A stretch of DNA of 64,000 nt from Narcine bancroftii. Lineage: Eukaryota. How positions within the stretch are numbered: position 1 is the stretch's first letter; every line of letters begins with the position of its first letter. This document shows positions 13,020 to 25,119 of the stretch, in pieces. The position numbers and the translations under genes are program-made. The stretch spans positions 4,836,001 to 4,900,000 of the forward strand of contig NC_091477.1 of NCBI RefSeq assembly GCF_036971445.1, in the 5' to 3' direction. The notes below the pieces were generated by a model. That model made no database searches and was not told the DNA's origin. It saw only the letters and a list, made by a program, of their open reading frames with translations.

Positions 13020-14008
13020 TGTGATAGATAATGTTATATTTTATATCGTATATAGATATGTTTTAAAGGAGATAAATTATGGCAGGGTTTTTAATTAGAT
13101 CACACACATATACAAACACTTCAAAACTGTTCTCATTTAAAATGCCAGTGCTCTACTCAAGCCAGACAATCCAGACTCCGGGTGCCTTTGCAAAAATTTT
13201 GAAGAAGGCCTATAAGGACTTCACAAGTAGGTGTTGATTGGGCATGTTGTGGATTAATGGATTATTGTTTAGGGAAGCAAAAGATGAACGAACTCAGAAG
13301 ATTGGGTTTGGTGGTGCAGTCTGAGTGTAGTTTGCTCTCCTAAGNNNNNNNNNNNNNNNNNNNNNNNNNNNNNNNNNNNNNNNNNNNNNNNNNNNNNNNN
13401 NNNNNNNNNNNNNNNNNNNNNNNNNNNNNNNNNNNNNNNNNNNNNNNNNNNNNNNNNNNNNNNNNNNNNNNNNNNNNNNNNNNNNNNNNNNNNNNNNNNN
13501 NNNNNNNNNNNNNNNNNNNNNNNNNNNNNNNGAGAGGTTTTCATCTGGAATACCCTGATGGGCACGTTTCTTTGGCAAGACACTCAAATGGCTGATCTGA
13601 AGGAAACAGTTATGTATGTCCAACAAGCAACAAATCACTCTGAAAACCAACAAGAATCTTGCTGAGATGTAACTATTTGCCTTTCAAGCACCAAAGTCTG
13701 GTGAAATTCATAAATTTTAAATATTGTGCACAGTTTAAGAATTGCCTGCAACCAGTGAACTTGGAGGAATAAGAAGTGAGATTGGACTGCGAATTAAAGA
13801 ATTTTTCTGAAATTATGTACACATCACATACACGTGCGCTTAGAAGTAGAAAGGGGTTAAGTTAGGTTAAGTGAAGGTAATAGTAGCAAGTTAAAGTTTG
13901 ACCCTGTTTTCATCTATAAAGATAATTAAAAGTAACATTTGTGGATGTAACCATTTGTCTTGGTGAATTTCTATTGTTGCTGAATTTTGGGGTTCTCTGG
14001 GTCATAGA
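13020..14008. mobile_element. Solo LTR-like repeat spanning an assembly gap
   Basis: Starts TGTGAT. 13532-14005 aligns with 46203-46645 (atctggaa.accctgatg, aagaattgcctgca.ccag.gaacttgga, acatacacgtgc.cttagaa, aagttaaagtttga). Confidence 0.6.
13345..13531. other. Assembly gap (N run)
   Basis: Run of N. Confidence 1.
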
Positions 14009-14009
14009 A

Positions 14010-14635
14010 CTGGATGTAAGTCCTTCAGTTCATTGTCCATGCCTACCACGCTTGTCCCATTTAAATAAACCACTCATGTCTTCCAAACCTTTCTTATTCA
14101 CGTAGATCCTAAATGCCTTTTTAAAGTAACAATTGTCTCCGCTTGTACAATTTCCTTTGTCCGCTCGTTGCAAGTACCCACAACCCTCCATGTGACAAAG
14201 GTATTTCCGGGGCCCGTTTTATGTTTTTATCTCTTCGTAGAAAATGGCCCTGCTTAAGTATCAAATCACAGCTATCGTTATTTTATAAACCTCTTCTGTA
14301 TACGGACCAGTTTGGTTTCCTTTTCCTCTGATAAAAAAGTTCCAGCCTATCAGGCTTCAAGCCTATCATCCCATACAATATTCTCCTGAATCTGTTCTGT
14401 AGCCTTTCCAGCTTAACAACATAGTTTCTATGTCTTGGTGTCCAGATTTGCCAACAATACCCCAAGTGCAGTCTCACTAACGTCACGTACAGTTCTAACC
14501 TGACATGTTGCTCCTGTATTCTATGCCCTGACAGAAAAGGCAAGGGTGCCAAGTTCCTTTCACCACTCTCTCTACCTCCAGCGCCAATGTAATGGAATGA
14601 TGTAGGCATGGCTCTTTGTTCTACAGCGCTCTCCA
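14010..14635 (-). mobile_element. Old CR1 LINE 3' fragment (paralogous to 22380-23090)
   Basis: Minus-strand ORF LYVTLVRLHLGYCWQIWTP...LERLQNRFRR is a CR1 ORF2 C-terminus signature. Confidence 0.75.
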
Positions 14636-14793
14636 GTCTAGATCATGAAATTAACTCTTGTGAATTGAAAAGGAGAATATTGCAGCAAACCTCAGTCACA
14701 CAATGCAGGAGCATGAATGGCAACTTGACCTCTGCAGCCACGTTGCATTATATTTTCCACCTATTGCTGCATTTGGTTGAATTCCTCTGAATG

Positions 14794-14930
14794 CCGCATG
14801 ATGGCGCAACAATTAATGCTGTTGTCCCACGGATCCAGGGACCAAGTTTGGAACCTGACGTTGGCGCAGCTTTTGTGGAAATGACACAGTGTCTCCTTGA
14901 AACTTCCCTCACACCATCTGTGTTCCAGTT
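14794..14930 (+). mobile_element. Old tRNA-derived SINE head (paralogous to 23255-23370)
   Basis: tggcgcaacaattaatgctgttgtccca...ccagggacc...cctgac pattern of a decayed A/B-box head, repeated at 23263. Confidence 0.5.
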
Positions 14931-15849
14931 ATATTCCACAAAAACGAGCTGGTACCTCATATTGTTATTGCCTAGCACACATTTGTATAAGTTAATGCGA
15001 AAGAAGTGAAAGGTGGGATGCTGCGCATGTATGTAGGCAATTCATCTGCAGAGGTACAGGGTAATTAGAAGAGAGGATGTGATGCACATCTGAGAAACGT
15101 TATAGTTCCGATGGCTTCCTGTACCGTTTTAGATTGGATCTGCAAAAATTGAAACTTCCAGACATGGAGCATTACACGATAAAACCGACTATAATTAGAA
15201 TAGTGTGTTGATACTAATCATTTGGTTTCACTTTTATTTCCCTTATTTTGAAATTTCGAAGTTGCACAACTGTAAATATAGCTATAACGTTGCATTGTAA
15301 TCCATATATTGCTGTCTTTGGTCATCAGAATGGAGCGTGATGAAACATTATCCTATTTATTGGCTACATTATTCGATTGTTTTCCAAATTAAATGAAGTT
15401 AATGTGAAAAGTTCGGAAATTAAATCTGTCAAAAATTCAAATCAGCATTTTTTCTGATGTTTCAAATGACGGTGTACAGGAAATTTAGTTATTAATAACA
15501 CATGAGAGTAGTCTTTTTCTGTTATCAAACAGCGACTTAATACATTGGGAAGAATGTTTCTCTTTACCCCTCAATACGATTATCTGACGTTGTGATAGCT
15601 GTTATCCGAAGTCGCTCGTCTGCCTTATTCCATTCAATTGAATGAACTATTAAAAAAAAAGTCATATTGCACCATGCATACGTTGGTTGGGAACATAATC
15701 TCTTTAATTTAAATTGTCCTCTCATCTAACATTCATGACTTCCAAAGATAGATGTTGCAAAATAAATCGATAACTAGATTTATCTAAGACTCCTTTATCG
15801 CCATACAATGGAGGAAAGTTTGGATTGACGATCTGTCGATCTCAATGGC

Positions 15850-15895
15850 GAAAAGAACTAGTTGTGTCGCTATGTACCAACGAGAATCGAAAACG
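15850..15895 (+). promoter_or_regulatory. Orphan protocadherin CSE with no exon behind it
   Basis: aaaagaactagttgTGTCGCTATGTACCAACgagaatcgaaaa closely matches the A1/A2 promoter. Downstream sequence matches the pseudogene leader at 24350-24475, then no cadherin coding sequence follows. Confidence 0.7.
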
Positions 15896-16888
15896 CTGAG
15901 AAAACATTAGAAATGACAATAATTACGCGTTCAGATCGTGAAGTCACGATGAGAAGAATAAAATCAAGTTTTCATGTATTTAACATGTCTATACTTTGTA
16001 GCATGTATTTTACAAAATACAGGTTTTCATTTTTAGAGATTAAGGATTTGGCCACACTAGACCTGAAGCCATCATGGACCAAACGAACTGCAGCCGTGAC
16101 GTTACAATATTCTGAAATGCCAAGGAAAACAATCCAAGGGAGAAACATTAAGATGAACAATCAAAGCTATTGTTGCGCCAGGATACAAAAACAATATGGA
16201 ATTAAAATGTTAAAGTCGGAAAGAATATATGATCTTAATGTAGCAAATAGTCCAAATGCAAAAATGCAGCTAATAATGTTAGATCTGCATATCCATATGC
16301 CTTATTGAATGAAAGATTATTATCGCAGTTCCAACTCAATCCTGATGCTCTTGAAAATTAATCCAGCACGTGTTATAACCTTATAAATGTCCCTAAATTA
16401 AGAATTCTGTCAAAATCTAAAAACCACAGATTCCTTCAAATTTACTGTACTCTCTCCGCATGACATCAGATAATTAATATTTACAGACTTTTATCTAACT
16501 TGATCGATATTCATCCAGTTCATAATATTGAATTTGGCTTACGGTCAACATTGTATATGTACTTGTGACACAAGTCAATTTGCAGCTAATACAGCAATTT
16601 GGTTATTGAATAGATCGTGACGAAAAACGGTCAAAGCCTTAGATTGCTGTGCCCAATGTTAGTCAAGAACGACCTTTACTCTATTGGCACCAGTAAATGA
16701 TAGAGTGTACACTCTGGCCGCTTTTTCTATTACTATGCTTTCCTCGTGGGTAAAGCACTGGTTCTCAGCTCAAGATATTCATCTGCCTGATTGCTGTTGA
16801 TTCCTGATTTTCAAAAGGAAGTCATATTTGAGACATTAAGGACGATGTTTTAAAATTGTACACTACGAAATATTCGCAGGACAGTCCA

Positions 16889-16975
16889 GCTTTAAGAAAT
16901 GTTGATGTAGTTGTTTAAAAGAACTGGGTGTGTCGCTGTGCACCAATAAGAATCGAAAAGAGGGAGATGGATCCA
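16889..16975 (+). promoter_or_regulatory. Clustered protocadherin promoter (CSE plus CCAAT)
   Basis: TGTCGCTGTGCACCAAT at 16931-16947. GCTTTAAG at 16889, GATCCA at 16970. Confidence 0.85.
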
Positions 16976-17187
16976 TTTCCCGCCCCATTCGCAACGAAAA
17001 AAAATCAGAATGGAGAAGAAACGGAACAATGCGCAGTTTTTACTTGGATGCCAGTTGAAAAAGATAACAACAATACAGTTATCTATTTAAAATATAAAAA
17101 AGAATACTACAATATTCTCGTAGAAGGCCATATCTCTGGATTTAATTGAGCTGTGGGTCGTATCGGGAAAGGATTTACTGCAGAACA

Positions 17188-19578
17188 ATGGCGAATTCGG
17201 CGATCAGCAACACCGCTGCTTTCCAAATCTTTGCGTTCCTAATTCTGGTATGTACAGAGCATTCAATTGCCGGGGAAATTCGGTATTCTATTCCCGAGGA
17301 AATGGAAGAAGGGGCTTTTGTCGGGAATGTCGCTCAAGATTTGGGATTGGAAATACAGCAATTGTATGATCGTAATTTTATGCTGACGTCTGATGACGGA
17401 GTAGATTATATTAATATTGAATTGCAGAGAGGGATATTATCCATTGCGAAAAAAATCGACAGGGAGCAGATCTGCGGACAGGAAACAGCATGTACGATTT
17501 CCTTTAAAATCATATTGGAAAATCCTCTGGCGGTGTATCGCGGGGAAGTGGAGATTCTTGACGTGAATGATAATACCCCTACTTTCAGCGAGGGCACGAT
17601 AGCTTTACAGATAGCGGAATCCATGGCACCGGGAGTTGGCTTCCCTCTAGAAAGTGCGCAAGATCAGGACGTTGGAATAAATGCAGTCGCTGCTTACACC
17701 ATCAGTTCCAGTGACTATTTCAGATTAAAGACACAAACATCTGACGACGGCGTGATAGCTGTCGAACTTCTGTTGGAGAAATCTTTGGACCGAGAGCAGA
17801 AATCATCCCTTCGGTTGGTTTTGACGGCGATCGATGGTGGGATCCCTCAGAGATCTGGCACAACACAGATTCTGATTACCGTAATGGACAACAATGATAA
17901 TCCTCCTGTATTCGACCATAAAATATACCGAAGCAGCTTGAGAGAAAACGCGCCACTTGGTAGCTTGGTGGTGACGGTCAAAGCTAATGACCTGGACGAT
18001 GGGCCGAATGCTGATCTAACATATTCCTTCAGCAAATTAACTTCACCAACATTGCGCGAAATGTTCAGTTGTGACCCCTATAGCGGAGAAATCCGAACCA
18101 ATAGAATGCTCGACTTCGAAAAATCTACCAGCTATTCACTCCACCTTCAAGCTGTGGACCATGGATCACCTGCAATTACGGGACACAGCCAGATCTTAGT
18201 CAAGATAATTGACGTTAATGATAACGCGCCCGAAATCAAAGTCACATCGACCACGTGCAAAATCATGGAAACCGTTTTGCCAGGAACTTTAATAACATTG
18301 GTCAATGTTATTGACCGTGATTCTGGTGAAAACGGGCAGATAAACTGCGAGGTGTCAAGGAGCATCCCCTTTAAACTTCAAACATCATCCAGCAATCACT
18401 ATGAGTTGATTACGAGCGAGGAATTGGACAGAGAATCTGTCCCCGAGTATGAAGTAGTTCTAGTGGCCTGGGATTTTGGGTCGCCTTCATTATCGACAAA
18501 TAAAACCATCCAGATCGTAATTACAGATGTAAATGATAATGCTCCTCTGTTTTCGGAACCCTCCTACAACATGTATTTGACGGAGAACAACGCTCCGGGG
18601 ACTTCCATCTTCGCAATAACTGCCACGGATCTTGATATGGATCAGAATTCCTATGTTTCATACTCCCTCTTATGGAATAACATCCAAGACACGCGAATAT
18701 CTAGCTTCCTCAGCATTAACGCATTGAATGGCACCATTTACGCGCTGCGCTCTTTTGACTACGAAAAACTCAAAACCTTCCAGATCCATGTTCAGGCCCG
18801 AGACGCTGGAGTTCCCCCATTGAGCAGCAGCGCTGCAGTGAATGTGATCATCTTGGATCAAAATGACAACGCGCCTGTAATTGTTTCGCCTTCAGCGCAG
18901 AGTGGATCAGCATCTGCAGAGAGCCTGCCCCAGTCAGCGGATCAAGGCTACTTTGTCACCAAGATAATAGCAACTGATGCAGATTCTGGTCAGAACGCGC
19001 GGCTGTTTTATCAGGTTCACCATTCAACTGATCCCACCTTGTTCAACATTGAGCAAAACTCCGGTGAGATCAGAACTGCGCGCAGAATTTTCGAGTCCGA
19101 CACCTCCATGCAAACTCTCGTCATCTTGGTGACAGACAACGGGCAGCCACGACTCTCCAGCACGGTTACAATTCACATTTCCTTTCAGGAGAACGTCACT
19201 GAAAGAATCACGGAAAGGAATAACTTGGTGTCGAATTCCGAATATGATTCTAATCTTCATCTTTATTTAATCGTCGTTTTCGGTTGCACTTCTCTTCTGT
19301 TCCTGGTGACCATCATTTTGTTGATTGGAATCAAATGTAAGCAAGAAGGAACTGTCACCCAGGATCATAATTCCTCCAGTTGTTGCTACAGGCTTGGAGG
19401 TTCCAACGATGTGCTGGATCGGAGATATGGAACGGAGGAAACATTACGCTATCCTGGGACCGGCCGGATAGTTCGAGTGGGAGAAACACCGCATTACTCA
19501 GTCTGCCTCTCCCCAGAATCAGCGAAAAGTGATTTTCTCTTCCTGAAGCCGTGCGGTAGGCCCACCTCTCAGCCTTAA
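17188..19578 (+). CDS. Clustered protocadherin A2, near-identical paralog of A1
   Basis: Same architecture as 9032-11422, with 8 amino-acid differences between the two translations. Confidence 0.95.
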   Translation: MANSAISNTAAFQIFAFLILVCTEHSIAGEIRYSIPEEMEEGAFVGNVAQDLGLEIQQLYDRNFMLTSDDGVDYINIELQRGILSIAKKIDREQICGQETACTISFKIILENPLAVYRGEVEILDVNDNTPTFSEGTIALQIAESMAPGVGFPLESAQDQDVGINAVAAYTISSSDYFRLKTQTSDDGVIAVELLLEKSLDREQKSSLRLVLTAIDGGIPQRSGTTQILITVMDNNDNPPVFDHKIYRSSLRENAPLGSLVVTVKANDLDDGPNADLTYSFSKLTSPTLREMFSCDPYSGEIRTNRMLDFEKSTSYSLHLQAVDHGSPAITGHSQILVKIIDVNDNAPEIKVTSTTCKIMETVLPGTLITLVNVIDRDSGENGQINCEVSRSIPFKLQTSSSNHYELITSEELDRESVPEYEVVLVAWDFGSPSLSTNKTIQIVITDVNDNAPLFSEPSYNMYLTENNAPGTSIFAITATDLDMDQNSYVSYSLLWNNIQDTRISSFLSINALNGTIYALRSFDYEKLKTFQIHVQARDAGVPPLSSSAAVNVIILDQNDNAPVIVSPSAQSGSASAESLPQSADQGYFVTKIIATDADSGQNARLFYQVHHSTDPTLFNIEQNSGEIRTARRIFESDTSMQTLVILVTDNGQPRLSSTVTIHISFQENVTERITERNNLVSNSEYDSNLHLYLIVVFGCTSLLFLVTIILLIGIKCKQEGTVTQDHNSSSCCYRLGGSNDVLDRRYGTEETLRYPGTGRIVRVGETPHYSVCLSPESAKSDFLFLKPCGRPTSQP

Positions 19579-21149
19579 TGGTAAATCATATCCTTAATTT
19601 CGAGAAATAACTCAATTGTCGGTTGTTATTTTACCATTTTCTCGCGTTTGAATCGATGCACGTTACCTATATAATAATATATTTCCTTCCACATGTCTTG
19701 TTCTTGATTACACAAAGGGTATGACTTATTAGCCGTTATAGCCAAATAACCGTTAACAGTATCCTCGCCTCCAATTAGAGGCTGCTCACTCTGTTAGACA
19801 ATGTTTCTCCTATTACCGAACTGTTTTATTTCTTTGTCAACTATTCAAAGCTTGTTAGCACATGAGCAAATAATTAAACCTGTTGAATGAACATATAAAT
19901 TTCGATGAAGGAACTTCTCACCGTACACAAAATTGTCTGCATGCAGTTTTGACACTACGTCGTCATCCACTTCAGTCTTAGCATGATGTCAGCTTCTAGG
20001 TGCATTCTAAATTATGTAACAAAATGTTCAACTGGCAGAATACTTTATTTATGTTTTTAATCCAAGTAGAAATGTGGGAAAATGGAATTCGTTATTTAAG
20101 TTAATTTCAAAAGCAATTGGAGCGCTCATGACATTTGACTTTTACTTTAAACATCCGACCCAGAAGTCAGGCCAGACGGCGTGTGTGCCCATGTGCTTGA
20201 TTATAATCAACCTGTTTCTATTCGTGGTCATGTCTGCATCCTCACTGTATTTATAACTCGGCTCAAATGTATTTGTATTGCAATTACAGTAACTGTAAAT
20301 GGGGGTTCTAAAAGTCGCCGAGACTGGCATTTGTGTTTATAGGCGTTAAGCATAATATTAAATCCAACAACGTTCATAGGCTTATTTGCAATCATGAGGT
20401 TTCTTCTTGAGAAAATCTTTTGGACTTTCAACCTATTACAATGTATGATATGGTAGCCATAAAACTATTATCATTCTTCTTGCAAAAACAGTGAACCATC
20501 TAAACCTCAGTCATTTTGAAATTCGCCGGCTGGGGTTTAAGTAGTTTTCTCTGTCCTGGCTTGAACAATTCAAGACATGCCTTGATTTCCTTCATAATGT
20601 AATTAATCACATGGCACCTTTATTTGAGGGCTAACGGGGTTAATAGTAATTGAGGTTTTTTTTCGAAGTTGTCGGCTTTTAGGGTATGGTAATTTTAATA
20701 TAGAAACAAGAGAAGTGGGAGTTTGAATTAATTGCAGGGATGTGTGTTTGAATTGATGTGCAATGTCTTTAAGCATGATCAGAGAGGATACTATCAAACG
20801 ACTTTCTGACATATATATGGCAGATATAATTCAGAGGCTTGGAGTCCTAATGGCCAAGCTTCGGAAATTGGCTGCAGTTACTGAATAGAAAAGTTGTCTA
20901 TTTAAAAATCTAAAAAAGTTTATTTTGATTGAAAGAGGAACAACTCACATTTGGTGCCTAGAATTTATTGATATCAATGTATTTTCATTGCTGGTGTCAT
21001 TGCTATTGCACAAGTATCGGTTATCATCAGAGAGTTGATCCCAATAGCATTACTGGCCTAAATTCAGAGTTTGTCCGAATTAGACCACTTTTGTACGACT
21101 GGATTTTGATTAAATTCCAGCAGGAAATAGCGCTAGCAAATTCATGAGT

Positions 21150-21280
21150 CAAGCAGAGCCCATAGCCGAAACGTTAACCTTTACTTTCTATGAATGATGC
21201 GTGATCTGCTGAGATTCTTCACCACACTTGCGTATTGCGCGCAACCAAAGCATCTGCAGAATTTCTTGTTTAACGCCTTC
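21150..21280 (+). repeat. Decayed Penelope-type terminal repeat fragment
   Basis: gccgaaacgttaacc...gatgcgtgatctgctgagattcttcaccacac...agcatctgcaga, similar to the arms at 60459-60702. Confidence 0.45.
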
Positions 21281-22379
21281 TTTATCATTTTTCTATGGAA
21301 TGAAGACTAAGCAATTGGGTCCGCTGCTGCCATCTTCTTGTGGTCAATAGAGGAATCAATATTCTGAACACATCACAGGAACGTGGGACGGCCTGGTTAA
21401 CGGTATGATGTGGTGTGGTTCAGGTGTGCAGGAAGTCGAACGGTCTCAAAGAGCTGTCAAATAAATATCAATTGATAAAATGGACAAACGTAGCTGCCAA
21501 TTGCGGATCTGTGGTGATGTATTCAAGAAATCGAGATGTTGACGACTTTTTCAATGCTCGAAGTTACTATATCTATAAGCATTTTGTTTTACTACCGTGA
21601 TTTACGTCTATATGAACTATTCTACATGATCTGTTTGAATGAAAATACCATGTTCCACGTCTTTAACCACCGGAAATAAACAGTTATTCTTTTTACAAAA
21701 CGTGTTCATGCCTGTTTCTGATCATTTAAAAGAAAGAACTAGAGACCCTGCGTCTTCGCAAGCGCTTGTTGAAGAGCTGGCTGAACAGCTCTTCCATTTG
21801 GTAGCAGTAAAGACACGCCGGTTGATGACGGCAGTAGCAGAATCCGAATGACAGTAACTCAAGGCAAGGAAGAACCACGAACAGTGGAATCTATGGATAA
21901 CTCAGCGAAGCTGCTGAGCCTACGCGAGGCCCAACAGAAGATGGATAAACTGATGCCTACATCATTTTACTTACTCACGCTTCATTAGATTTAATTTCAT
22001 TGTGAATGCTTAAATTCTAAAATTTGGTTCAGTCTGAACACATTGATAAAGCCAGCTCAATAATTGTCCTTAGCTTCTCCTTCCAAATGGGATGACTGTA
22101 ATTTTTTCAATTGAGTATTACCTGATTAATGTCGGTTATCACATCATTTCTGACAAACAACTTTGCTCAAATAATTAATTTTAAAATTGTTGTTTAATGT
22201 CGATTGGGGTGAATCACATTGAACGTGCAGAATAACAAATATTCAGCAATTGCTTCGTGAAGCGGATCAAATGCAGTGACGGTTGTGCCGCAGGCAGCAA
22301 TAACTCGAAATATTATTTCAACTGAAGTGGGTTCTCGGCACCGCATGAAACGCTAAACGCAACTGATTTCGTCATTGAG

Positions 22380-23090
22380 ATCTATAGCATGAAAAAAGAT
22401 CATTCGACCTGATGTCCAAGCCGACAAAGCTAGTCCCACTGACATGAGCTTCATCTATATCCTCTAAACCTTTCGTATTCATGTACCTCCTAAATATCTT
22501 TTGAATGGCACAATGGTCTCCATGTGTATTGTTTTATTCGACCGCTCGTTCCATATATCCACAGCCGTCCATGTAAAGAAGGTGCCTCTGAGGTCCCTTT
22601 TCAACCTTTCTCCTCTACCCTCTAATTTAAAATTCACGAACTCTACGAAAAAGCCACTGACTATTTACTTAATATATGCCTATCATTGTTTTATAAACCT
22701 CTACAATTACCACATGTGCTCCAGAGAGAAAATGTGCGGCATATTGAGCTTCTCCCTATAATTCTCTTAACCACATAACCATTTGCAACACAGAAAGAGG
22801 CCGATTTGGCCCTACTAGTCTGTGCCGAACATCTTTTCCTACCTATTCCCACTGAACCGCATTTGGCCCATAACTCGTTCTGCATAACAATATGTTTTTT
22901 TTATGTCGGGTGACTAAAGTGCAGTCTCACTAACGTCCTGTACTGTTCTACCATAACTCTGATCCTGTATTCAATACCCTGAAGGAGAAAGTCAAGGGCG
23001 TCAAAAGTATTTTCCACAATTGGTTTCGGTTCGTCGTCAATTTCATGGAACAATAATCATGAACCCCCGTATCTCTTTGTTCTACAACAC
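22380..23090 (-). mobile_element. Old CR1 LINE 3' fragment
   Basis: Shares aagtgcagtctcactaacgtc and tctttgttctaca with 14464-14625; co-duplicated with that region. Confidence 0.65.
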
Positions 23091-25119
23091 TCCCTTTTAT
23101 TGAACATGGAATTAACTCCTGTAAATTCAAAATAATAATGTTGCAGCAAAGTTCAATCTCGCAATGCATGAGCATATGTTGCACCCTGACCTCTCCAACC
23201 AAGATGAGTTATATTTACGACCTTTCGATACGTGTGGTGAAATTCTTCTAACTGCCACAAGATGGCGCAGCGGTTAATACTGTTGGACCTCAGATCCAGG
23301 GACTTCGTTCGGTCCTGACCTTTGCGCTGGCCTTGTGGAAATTGCACATTGACTCCTCGATATTTTCATGCATGTCTCTTATAATGATCTTATAAATGAG
23401 CTGGTAACTTAAATTGCTATTGTCTATCACGCATTTGTGTAGGTGAATGCAAAATAAGGCGGAGGTGAGATGTTGCACATGTATGTAAGTGAATAATATA
23501 CAGACGCACAGGGGAATTAAAAGATGGGGTGTGTGTCTGATAACATTTCTCTATGGGACTCGTCATGTCCCCGATGATCTCCTGTATTATTAAGAAAATA
23601 ATTGAATCGGAAAGAATTAAACTTTTTGAGATAGAACTTTCTGTGATAGAAGCGACTATTATGAGAATGTTGAGCAGTTACTAATTATTTAGCTTCACAT
23701 CCTTTCTCTGTGTTCAAGTCGGTCAACGATAAACCTGGCCATATTAGTTGCATTCTAATCTATATATTGCTGTGTTTAGCCAACACAATGAAACGTGACG
23801 AAACATTTTGTAAATTATTGGCTATCATGTTCGATTCTTTTTCCAAATTAAATGAAGTAAACGTACAAATGTCTAGAGATTAAAACAGGCAAAATCCCAA
23901 GCAACATTGTTTTCCTGTTTAAAATGAGGTTGTACTTGAAAATGGGATCTGAATTACACACAAGAGTAGCCTCTTTCTGTGGTTAGCCAGTAATAAATAG
24001 GTTTGGAAGAATGCATATCTCCTTCATCCCCAATACAATAGTGATATTTGCCGTCTGTTCAATTGAATGAATTATTTTGGACAGAATTTACATCATGGGT
24101 ACGTTGGATGAGAAAATAATCTTTTTGATTATATTGTCCTCTAATCTGACAATCATGCTTTATGAAGATAGATGTTGCAACATAAATCGATTAATTTGGT
24201 TATCTATGACGGTTTTATCACCATCAACCTTTAAATATTTCAGAGGGCAGTTTAGACTTATGAAGTGTCAATGTCAGTGCTGAATAGAAATGATCGACTT
24301 GCACCAACGCAGTGATTGATCCTTTGCTTCTCTTTCTTCGCAGCAAAAAGATAGGAAACTATTATGAAGATACCAATTACGCGTTCAAATTGTGGAGTCA
24401 AAGCAAGAAGGATGGAAGTTGAGCATGTATTTATTCAAGATGTTAATACTTTCTGGCATATATTTTAGAATGACCCGTTTTCTGCACTAATACAGAAGAG
24501 TGGAAAATAATGCATTTAACAACAACGGCAAACCCGGAGAGTGACAACATATTTGCTTTCAAGAGGTATTCCCTAATGATTCTGGTACACATATCGGAAT
24601 TGAATTCCGGGAAAAATCATTAATCTATAACCGATGAGCTGGAGCAAGGTGCCTTTGTGGGCAACAACGTTCAAGATTTGAGACTGAATACTCCAAAATT
24701 ATCCAAGCGCAAATTTCGAGTAAACTGTGAGGACGGGGGAGAATACATGAAGGTTAACATGGATAATGGTAATTTGTCTCTTTGTGAAATAATCAACAGG
24801 GAGTCAGTCTGTGGACAAGTTAATTTGTGTACTATCCTTTCGAAATAGTCCTGAAAGTCCTTTGGAGATGTATCGCGGGGAAGTCGAGATTCTTCTTGAC
24901 AATTCCCCCACTTTCTTGACAATTTCCCCGCTTTCTCAGACAGTAATATCTTCTTACACAGATCCGAATCGATGCAGCAGGTATGTTATTCACTCTCGAG
25001 ACTGCAGAAGATCCAAATGTTGGAATAAATGCATCTGTGGCTTACACAATCAGTTACAATGTACTTTAGTCTAAAATCTGAGAGAACTGAGGACGGTGTG
25101 AAAATTGTTAAAATGCTGG

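Noticed and set aside
8990-19578. A1/A2 as an uncollapsed-haplotype artefact (a gap lies between them)
   Set aside because: The flanks are strongly diverged and carry different TE insertions, which allelic haplotigs would not. Read-level confirmation is still advisable.
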